The notes under the pieces: model-generated
The model's database searches: none
Seen by the model: only the letters and a program-made list of their open reading frames with translations
Told to the model about the DNA's origin: nothing
Translations under genes and position numbers: made by a program
Assembly (NCBI GenBank): GCA_023213395.1
Contig: CM041465.1
Span: 100,013,741-100,077,740 of the forward strand
Reading direction: 5' to 3'
Source: Cycas panzhihuaensis
Taxonomy: Eukaryota; Plantae; Cycadophyta
DNA length: 64,000 nt
Shown: positions 54,430 to 64,000 of the stretch, one piece after another
Position numbering within the stretch: the stretch's first letter is position 1
How the letters are laid out: the number at the start of each line of letters is the position of its first letter

Positions 54430-55330
54430 TAGTTAGTTATTCCTAACTTCAACATCAAGGGATCAATAAAATTTAATGAATGGATTATTAAACTTAAAAC
54501 AACATTTAATGATCTTAAGATTAATTATCTAAACAAAAATATTCATGTTTATATCAACCATATGGAAGGGCATTTGTATATATGGGTACAAAAATGGTTT
54601 TTCAAATATGGACTTATCCTATAAGATGATTTCATTGGTGTTGTTTGCAACCATATTGAAGGACCTAACTCCACTCATTATAAGGTCTAGTTATCTCATT
54701 ACATCCAATGAGACTCTTTAATTGAGGAATTTATAGAGAGTTTTAATAAACTCTATCTTAAGACCACTATGACTAAAATGAAAGCTTCTTAATTCTACCA
54801 GGTTAATCTTTAGCCTAATATTTATATTAGCATAAAGATGTTTCAACTAAAATAATTAGATAAAGTCATCCTCTTAGCTAGATATGCTTAAATTAAATAA
54901 CTAATATAAATTCCTTATTATATTCCTCCTACCCATCATCTTGTCTTTAATAATTAGATCTTAATAGTGGCTCATTTGGTAGATGTTGATAAGTCAACCA
55001 TAAATAAAACTATATGTGATATAGGGATAAGTAGGTTTTTGGACATATTAAGGCCTTCCTAAAAAGAAATCAACATTATGTAGTTAAAACCAATATAGAT
55101 GCAAATGAACTTGATATTCTGGAGGAGTAAATTTCCCTCAAGGAATAGCTACCACTTAAAAATTGGCAAACATCTATCTCTATTACAACTATTTCAAGGA
55201 TACAAAATCCCAATACTATTAAGTTATAAGGATTCCTCTACAAATAAAAGATCATCATCCTAATTCGCCTACGTAGTATATAAAACTTCATAGACACCAT
55301 GCTGATAGTTCAATTAGGCATATCTATTTA
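54430..55330 (+). pseudogene. Highly decayed chromovirus-like gag/protease fragment
   Basis: FNEWIIKLKTTF (gag-like) and IIILIRLRSI*NFID, resembling VIILIDSGSTHNFID (~55250-55295). Confidence 0.45.
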
Positions 55331-55676
55331 TTAGCACATAATGCTATCTTATGATGTAAACTTTATAAAATTATTTTTATATATTATATTAATTAAAAAA
55401 GTAATTGACTGTGGTGGTTATCTAATCCAACTTGTTTAAGTGTCCTATTTTCTCTACTAAAAGGTTGGGAGATAATGGAAGATAGATTTTATATATTTTT
55501 TAGTATACATTTTGATAATATGATCATTTATTTCTAAGGCAGTTTTTCTTCCTCTAAAGGGGTTTTCCACCTATCTAAATACTTGTGTACCAACTATTCA
55601 ATATTTATCTAATGTGTGTCTATGTAATTAAATTTATTATCATGTAATTTATTCTTTCTACTTAAATTCTCTAATG

Positions 55677-55688
55677 TGGTATTAGAGT
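55677..55688 (+). promoter_or_regulatory. Decayed tRNA-iMet PBS (TGGTATTAGAGT) behind an LTR-like segment
   Basis: Two C>T changes from the canonical TGGTATCAGAGC; no adjacent coding region recognised. Confidence 0.4.
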
Positions 55689-56463
55689 AATAGTAATAGA
55701 CATAATTAAGTAACTAGATAGTCATTTAAGCCAAAATATAACCCTATGTTGCCATTATACTAGTAAAAATAGTCATTTTATAGATAACCTAGGTGAAAAA
55801 CCATGCCTAACCTAAAAGTCTTTAGAATCTTGTAATAATCTTAATTTAAAACTATCACCAAAGACACAAAAATTACTTATGAAGAGAAATGAAAAGAAAT
55901 TTCTGCTCATAAGAGCCTATTTGTTGAAGACAACTAAGGAAAGGAAGAAATAGAAGATTGGGTTTCCATCAAGATAAAAGCAAAGTACTACCACTACAGG
56001 CATGAATATAGGGAATATGCAGAGTTATTGATCCCTCCTAATGATAGGTGACTTTCTTTATCGAATCACATTGATGCTATAGTAATGAGGAAGAAGCACA
56101 ACCACTGCAAAGTAAAAATAAACATAAATGTAGCATCATCAACCCCTCCCCCCTCCCCCCCCCCCCCCCCAACCCTTTCCTTGAAGCCCTAAACTTCCTC
56201 AGAATCATTGGATTACTATTTTCATCGATGGATCATTCTCATTCTCTATTCTTTCTATTTTTAATATATTGTTAGGTCTATAGGTAAATATATATTCCTC
56301 ATGTCTATAATTAATATATAATATAAATATTCAAATGTTTAACATTGATACCTTAATATATATAATAACTTTACTATATAATCTTTAATATTTAACATTT
56401 ACAATATAATTTTTAATATACAATGTTTAACATTTGAACACTTAATTTTTTAATACTTAATAT

Positions 56464-56686
56464 TGTTGGAAAATATAACCTGTAATAAGGTAATCACAAA
56501 CAGAAACAAACACCTCCACATGATCGAACGGTACCCTTAAGGTACCTCAAATTGTATTAACAAAACATCATTATAACAACATTCAATATGATACACTATG
56601 TTGTGTATTTATAATACATGTCAATATAGTGAGGGTGGTACCCATTTGCATGTGGGATAAAGCAAATATGCATTAGTATTCCAACA
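56464..56686 (-). repeat. 223-bp 3' LTR of a minus-strand copia-derived element
   Basis: Perfect 8-bp terminal inverted repeat TGTTGGAA...TTCCAACA; adjacent PPT AAGGGGGAG on the minus strand (56687-56695). Confidence 0.88.
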
Positions 56687-56709
56687 CTCCCCCTTAATGC
56701 ACATTTGGA

Positions 56710-57864
56710 TCATTTGTACTTATAGCGCCTTGTCCTTAGAAGTGTCTCGAAAATGATATCTTCAACTTGATCCTTGTCTTCAAACTTGTAGTGATGTCTT
56801 TGTTGTAGAATTATGTCTTCATCTTGATTTGCATCTTTAATTATGTACTAATGTCTTTATAGGATGATGTCCTCAACTTGATTTCTATCTTCAATCCTAT
56901 AGTGATGATGTTGATGTAGTAGCTCTAGCAAGTACAAAGCATGATTCTTCATTGTGCCTGGTCTAGTTTGGTTTTGATGTAGATCTTGTAAACAACCATC
57001 TTCAATCACAACTTGCATGTAATCATTATCCTGTATAAACTCTTGATCACCATGTATAATAGTGATTTCTTCAATCTTTAGAGTGAAATCTTGATCAACT
57101 AGCATACTCTTTGAAATTGAATCAATGCTCAAAGTAGGAACATCATTCAAACTTGAATCAATACTTAAAGTAGGAATATCATCAACATAAGGCTTATCCT
57201 TTATAGAACCATCAGATTCATATTTAATTTCTCTTGAAATCATGGTGTCATCTATATAAACCTTTATCAACTTATCACTTTCAATGTCTTCATTAGTAGT
57301 TGTAGTCTCATCAATGTATTCAACCATTATTTCTTTACATTCAGTAGAAATGTCATCAATACTCATACCTTCTTCATCTTGACATGTTGTTTTATCAGGG
57401 TTGATGATATTTTCTTCATTTGTTGTACCTGTAACATAACCATAACTAGCCTTAATTGCCTTTTCAATCATTCGTTGTGTCTATTCAGGAGTTTGTTCAA
57501 ATACTTCCTTTAGAAAATCCCAAGCTTCCTTAGCATTACTTACATGTAGAATCATAGGAATGACAAAATGGAATCTGGAAAGAAGATCAACTTCATTGAA
57601 TGCATCTCAAATCATAATGAATGCTTTTCTATCTTTCTTCTCAAGCATTTCCTTTTCTTATTTATCCTTAGGGATATCATATTCATCAGTAATAATCTTC
57701 CACAAACCTCTAGCTATGAATAAACATCTCATTTTAATTGTCCAAAAGAAGTAGTCTTCACCATTACACTTAGGTACTGGAAGAAACAAATCCCTTAAGT
57801 AATATTCATTTGTTTCAGGAGCATATATAACCACATCATTATCCTCCATGATTGTAAATGCCAT
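56710..57864 (-). pseudogene. Copia gag N-terminus (DUF4219/UBN2-like) fused to an acidic repeat region; no pol
   Basis: PKCNGEDYFFWTIKMRCLFIARGLWKII, then KKDRKAFIMI...SNAKEAWDFLKEVFE, then the 204-aa acidic ORF 56857-57471, which continues past one TAA almost to the PPT. Confidence 0.78.
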
Positions 57865-59310
57865 TTTCTAATACCATGTCCCTTTTCCAATCAACAAATT
57901 TACCCATCAATCTCAACAAACTTTCTCATGTCTCATGTCCCTCATATCACTAACTTCATCATCACATCATTGCCTTATACATCTCACATCTTGCCAAATA
58001 GTCACATACAAAGAATATTTGAAGCACTTTCTTCACCATAGAATCAAAACATCTCATAAGAATCATACATACCTCATGTCACCATTAAATCACCAAGACA
58101 CATCATACTTCACTTAATTGCCCAAAACATAATTCATGCCACAACACCACTCAACAAATTTTGTTTCCCTATAACTTAGGTATCTTCAATAAAAGAAACT
58201 CATCCTTCTTTGACCATTCAATCAATTAGAACACATCATCAAACATGCTTGATCTCATTCTTAACACGCATAATAATTGCCCAATCTTATCATGTAACCT
58301 CACATGCAACAAGCACCTCATTGCCTCAAATCACTATCTTTGTTACCCTCAAATTAGCTTTGTTATGCCCATCAAGTCCCTTCATGTAAATCATATTCCA
58401 CGGAGTACTTAATTATCATATTCCATCAAATTGATTCATGTAAACACATGTACTATCGCTTCATTACCATACTATGCCATCATCACAATAACTCTCTCAT
58501 ACAAATATATGTAAGAAAGCACTCAAATTATTATTAAGCAATCACCATCATGCATCCCAAATCACTAATATAGTATTAAATATATTCACATTAATATGAC
58601 TTAATGTCATCTCACATTGCAACAATGCTCTAAAGAATTTCAACCATCTATAGATAGAACTTTAGATGCCTATGTGGTGTATTTGATGAATTTTGATGGA
58701 TCCTTATGAACAATCCTCACCTCTCTCTTATGATATTATATGGTAGTTCACGAAGCATTAATGATTGTATACACTAACATAATTTCTTTGGCTATAACGC
58801 TGCAATTTCTGGAGGTGAGTACAGAGGCGAATTCTGCACAGGGTTGGCGGTTAGGGTTAGCCGGAATCGAGGGCGGAGGTGGGGGGGCATTCCCCCAGAC
58901 GGGCTTCCTCGATGGCGTGAGGATATTATAGGGTTTGCCAGTAGAGCAGCAAGATGGGTGGTCCTCAGCTGGGGTAACGAGGAGGATAGGCGCACGGATT
59001 GGAGAACAGAGGGAACAGCGTGGGGGTTTAAAGCTCACCTGGCTTGGGTAGATAGAGTTAAAGGGAAGTAGGTATATGGCTACTGCAGTGGTGCCATTGC
59101 ATTAAGACTGGAGAGAACGGTTTTCTCTCAGGGTTTTAGTGAGCTCCAAGCTCATGATAGTGGTTCTACCAAGGGTTTCACAGCTCCAAGAGCCTCAGCA
59201 AAAGGCAGATATATGCTCATTTAGGCTTGGCAATCCAGAAACGCTGAGAGACAAAGGGTATGGCAATGTGTAAACAAGCGCTTCGTGGTGAGTTTTAGTT
59301 GTTTCTGTAG

Positions 59311-60852
59311 TTGATTCAGCTTTTGCAAGTTTTTTTTCCTTCTGTCCATATGATGCAGACAGCCCAGAATCAGTCTCAGTCCTCTCCCATGGGGAGAACT
59401 TACCTGGATGTTCTAAGAACTAGAAACCATGAAGAACAAGTTATTATCCTGGTTAAAATTGGAAATAGATATAAAATTTCGATACCAAAAGAAGTAACCG
59501 AAAAAACCATACAGTACTGGGAGAATAGCCTGGTGGGCAAGTTCTCGGGCCCTAGGCCAGGTTTGGATATCATAAGAGAGTGGATCAGAAACAAGTGGAA
59601 GACCAGAAACCCTGTCCAAGTCATGGCAATACCCAAAGGCTATGTCCTTTTTAGATTTTTAAATCAGGAGGATATGATCCCCATCCTTCTAAAGTCCCAT
59701 TGGATGTTTGGAAGGAAGGCCATGTCACTGGAGAAATGGCATCCTGACTTTGATCCAGGCACTCCTATGGTTAAATAAGCTCTGGTGTGAGTTCAACTTC
59801 CTGGGCTTCCTTTGCACTTCTGGAACTCAGAGACAGTTAAAGGGGCGGCTAGAATGATTGGGCCACTTTTAGCCTTGGATTCATCTACAATGCATAGATC
59901 TAGACTAATGAATGCTAGATTTTGTGTTCTGGCAAAGTTAGATAATGAACTCCCAGCCGAGGTAGAGATTGAGTCAAATGGTAGATCTATCATCTAAGGT
60001 TTATTTTATGAAGTGGAGGGCTTCAAGTGCGCAAAATGTAAGAGTAAGGGGCACCTCCCCTTTCAATGTCCAGGGGTCCCTCTGAGGGAGGTCAATCAGG
60101 TGCTAGGGAAGGTGGAGAATGATGAAGAAAGAGTAGTGGAATCTGAAAGATCAGGTAAGGAGGCCTTTAGAGAGGAGGAAGTTGCGGGGACCGAGACATC
60201 TAGTAAGGCGCCTGATGTTCTCGATCCTTCTAGTAGTGTGAAGAGCCAGTCTCTGGGTGGTGAGACGGACGCTGCTCCGGCTTATTCCTTAGCTAGTCTG
60301 GTAGATGGGTGTAAGAGTCTGGTGGTACTTGTGCCTAGAAAGGATTCCAGTATAGGGTTGGATGGTTGTCAGGCCCAAGTCCCGGGCCCGGTTTCAGGAC
60401 GGGTACCAGGGGCACATAAAGATCAAACTGGGGAACCTGGGTGAATGCAGGGGGATGGAGACCCTCTTGTCATTGCTGATGAGCCGACATTGGATGGGCT
60501 TGTCAAGAACATAAACTGGGATTTAGAGGATTACTTGTCTGAGCCTGAGGATGGGGGCTTGAGAGAATTGAACCAAGAGGTGCGATAGGTTGGTATTGTA
60601 GCTGAAGGAGGAGCAGGATCCAAAGGAGAAGTAGAAAAAGGAGGAGGCGGGACACGTAAATGGGTTTCAAAAAGTAATACATCAGAAGTGAGGAGGGCAC
60701 CAGATTATGGGTTAGATAAGAAGGTGGGCAGACCCCCTAAAAAGGCTATTAGAGAGAAAGAAAATCAAGCCCAAATAGACATGGGTTTTTAGAGTACATT
60801 AAAGGAGGGGGCTGTGTTAGAAGGCCCCAACCTCAGGAGCAGGAAAAGATGA
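59311..60852 (+). pseudogene. LINE ORF1 (DUF4283-like RRM region, CCHC zinc knuckle)
   Basis: WENSLVGKFSGPRPG...GYVLFRF...W.VQLPGLPLHFW and CAKCKSKGHLPFQC. ORFs 59311, 59812 and 60013 share one frame interrupted by point stops; terminal TGA at 60850-60852. Confidence 0.85.
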
Positions 60853-60870
60853 GGAGGGTTTTGGTTCCTC

Positions 60871-63800
60871 ATGAAGGTCCTTTCGTGGAACATCAGGGGG
60901 TTAAATGCCACATCTAAGTAGAGAATGGTCAGAGAACTAAGTATTAGGATAGATCCGGATCTTATTCTCTTGCAGGAAACCAAACTGGAACAGGTAAAGG
61001 AGATAGAGGTGCTCAATAAGATTTGGAGAAAAGGTGAGAGGAAGACATGTGTAGGCTCAGCGGGCTCCAGGGGATTGGTCTCTCTCTGGAATCCAAAAAG
61101 GTGGAAAGGTTATGAGTTGTGCAAGACTGAGCACTTCATAACCATTGGTTTGGTTAGTCTCTCAACTAACAAGGAGCATTGGATTACAAATGTCTATGCC
61201 CCCACTTCGGTTGAGGGTAGGAGGAGATTATGGGAGAGCCTGGTGGACATCCACAAAGACTGGGGAGGCCCCTGGTTGGTGGGAGGGGACTTCAACTCTC
61301 CCCTGAGCCCAGATGAGAAGAAAGGGGGGCAAGGAGGGTGGACTAGAAGTATGTCTGATCTAGGTGTGTTCTTGCAATCAGGTGGTTTGATGGACGTGCC
61401 CCTCAGAGGAGCCAGGTTCACTTGGTCCAACAGGAGGCTAGGTCATAACCACATACAATGCAGACTAGACAGGATGTTAACAAACTATGAATGGGCCTGT
61501 CATTTTGAAGGAGTAAGGTTGGAAGCCCTACCGAAGTCTGGGTCAGACCATTCACCTCTTATCCTGGAGGGGTCCATTCCAGATTCCCACAAGGAGGCTC
61601 TATTTCGTTTTGAACTAATGTGGCTGAAACATCCGAAACTAAGGGAGAGGATTTGGGACTGGTGGAGAATCCAGGTTCAGGGCTGCGCCATGTACAGGTT
61701 CTTGAAGAAACTGAATTGGATCAAGCAACAAATCAAGGTCTGGAATAGGGAGGTCTTCAGAAATATTTTCGAGAATAAGGGTGGATTATTGGGGGAGATC
61801 AAAGAGATTGAGGATAGGATCCAGATCGAAGGAAGAACCCAAGAGTTGGACAATAAGGAACTCTCCACTTCCAGGAAACTTGAGGAGGTGCTGGAGAAGG
61901 AGGAAATCTTTTGGAAGCAGAAGTCTAGAGAGCAGTGGATAAGGGAGGGGGATAGAAACACTAAGTTCTTCCACCTATCTACTTTGAGACATAGGGCCCA
62001 TAACAAGATTACTAAGATCCGTAGCAGGAGTGGGGTGGTGTATGAGGTCGAGGATCAGATTGGTGGTACTGCGATGCAGTACTTTAAGGAGCTATACACA
62101 GAGCCAGGCTGCCAGGACCCTGCCCTTAGGGCTGCTCTATTACAATATATCCCGAGTGTGATCACAGAGGACCTTAACAAAAAACTGACAAAACCCTTTA
62201 CTCAGGAGGAGGTGGAGAAGGCCGTATTTAAGATGGGTAGGGATAAGGCTCCAGGGCCGGATGGTTTTCCTCCAGGATTTTTCCAAGAATACTGGGAGAT
62301 AATCAAGGAGGACCTAATGTTGGTGCTTAATGAATTTTGCTTAAGGCGCACAATTTTGAAGGAGTGGCAAGCCACCTTCTTGGCCTTGATTCCAAAGAAG
62401 GAGGGAGTGGAAGTCATGGAAGACTTTAGACCTATTAGCTTGTGTAATATAAAATACAAGATTTTGTCTAAAGTGTTAGCAAACCGCCTAAGGGAGACCT
62501 TACCGGATGTTATTTCTCCTAATCAAGATGGTTTTGTGAAAGGTAGACAAATCTCAGACGGCATTATAATTGTCCATGAAACCCTACATTCGACGCTCCA
62601 TCGCAAGGATGCAAGCATGATAATTAAAACAGATATGTCTAAAGCCTATGACAGGGTGGCTTGGGACTGTTTGCTGGATTGTCTCGAGGCGTTTGGTTTT
62701 GGGGAGGTATGGAGAGATTGGATGAGATGTTGTATATCCAGAGTTTCTTTTTCGGTGTTGATAAATGGCAGGTCGACTCCCTTCTTTAATGGGTCGAGGG
62801 GTTTGAGGCAAGGTGATCCCCTCTCCCCCTTCTTATTCATTATCATGGCCGAAATACTAGGCAGGGCTACTCTAGAGGCCCAGCGGTTAGGGAGGCTATC
62901 AGGATTGAGAGCTACCTCTAACATAGAAAATATTGTGCTCCATTCGTTTGTAGACGATAACATTTTCTTGTGCAGGGCTTCTCTGGAGGAGGCCAGGGCT
63001 TTAAAAACGGGCCTTCAGGATTATGAAAAGGCTACAAATCAGAAAATTAATTTGGATAAAAGTTCAGCTTTCTTTATCAATACCTTGAGGCAAAGAAAGG
63101 AGAATAAATAGGATTCTGGAGATGGCCAGGGGCTCCCTCCCTGGCTCTTACCTCAGCATGCCTCTATTTGTGGGAAAGATGGGGCAGAATCTGTGGGATC
63201 CAGTAGTGAGCAGATTCAAAAAGAAGCTAGCGGGTTGGAAAGGGGCTCTTCTCAGTTGGGCAGGGAAAATTCAACTTGTGGTGGCTTCCTTGCAGAGTAT
63301 CCCAGTCAATCAAATGACTATTTTCAAGATGCCAAGCAAGGTTATTTCCACTCTGGAGGGAATCATGAAGAGATTTCTTTAGTCGGTCTTAGAAGAAAAA
63401 AGGAGAATCCACCTAGTGTCTTGGGAGAGGGTCTGCAAGCCAAAGTGGGCGGGGGGTCTCAGTGTAAGAAGGTTGGGCTTTTTTAATGAAGCCCTCTTGG
63501 CAAAGACGGGGTGGAGACTCATTAAAGAAGCTGGAGCGGTCTGGGGAAGAATTCTAGTAAGGAAGTACATGGGGGACAACCACTTTTTGTTGGAGGAAGG
63601 GCATTGCTTTGAGGGCTCTCTGATATAGAGGGCCATTAGGTCTGCGAGGTCCCTCCTCCGTGAAGGTATGAGATGGAAATTGAGGGATGGTGAAAGCATA
63701 AAGTTCTGGGAAGACAGATGGTGCGGTCACTCTAAATTAGAGGAGCTACCTAACATTGGTAACATGAAGAGGGAATGCGTAAATCGCTACAGTTCGACAG

Positions 63801-64000
63801 TCAAAGATTACTGGGTAGGGTAAGGTAAGGAAAGGAGATGGAGATCTTTTGAGGACCTGTAAAGCCTTGAGGAGGAGATTCAAAGAGTGAGGGAGATATT
63901 AGGAAACCAGTATATTCTGAAGAGGTCTGTGCTAGACACGTTGGTATGGCCCCCCTCGTCTTCGAGTTCATATACGGTTAAAGCCAGTTATAATCTGAGG
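60871..64000 (+). pseudogene. LINE ORF2: AP endonuclease and reverse transcriptase
   Basis: MKVLSWNIRGLN (TAG at 60919), LQETK, NVYAP, GGDFN, RLDR, SDHSP; KAPGPDGF, FRPISLCN, DMSKAYDRV, GLRQGDPLSPFLF, SFVDD. Frameshift near 63090 and later stops. Confidence 0.95.

Larger units (their letters stand above)
58780..64000 (+). mobile_element. L1-clade LINE, near full-length at the 5' end, 3' end outside the window
   Basis: Abrupt rise in G content at ~58780; ORF1 plus ORF2 (APE endonuclease and RT). 5' boundary approximate. Confidence 0.92.

Noticed and set aside
56144-56170. Poly-C tract (G-quadruplex potential on the minus strand)
   Set aside because: Simple homopolymer with no functional context.

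Overview
This 64 kb window is eukaryotic, AT-rich DNA made almost entirely of nested retroelements, and I recognise no host gene. The Tat, copia and L1 protein styles suggest a seed plant, probably a gymnosperm (inference). Left to right: (i) an old Tat 3' LTR (798-3830 plus 18016-18021) split by (ii) a younger full-length 14.2 kb Ty3/gypsy Tat element, E1 (3831-18010). E1 has ~2.5 kb TG..CA LTRs, a GTATG/GTGTG TSD, a PBS, a PPT, a gag-PR-RT-RH-INT polyprotein with point stops, and an intron-containing antisense gene. (iii) An older, heavily C>T-decayed relative, E2 (~20.0-34.0 kb), which additionally has a stand-alone archaeal-type RNase H ORF behind the integrase and an antisense PMD-like gene. 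(iv) A minus-strand relative, E3, abutting E2 in its protease, with a 5'-truncated L1 (16-bp TSD) in its probable LTR. (v) A second minus-strand Tat-type element, E4, with a sense extra ORF. (vi) Decayed gypsy and copia scraps. (vii) A pol-less copia derivative with a 223-bp LTR and a gag N-terminus fused to an acidic repeat protein. (viii) A long L1 LINE (ORF1 and ORF2) running off the window. Most interesting points: E1 has a degenerate native RNase H and lacks the aRH module seen in E2; both elements carry spliced antisense accessory genes; and a repeated stem plus AAACTAC motif with covariation marks the ends of the 3' modules. All translations outside the supplied ORF track and all alignments were done by eye, and boundaries in decayed regions are approximate.
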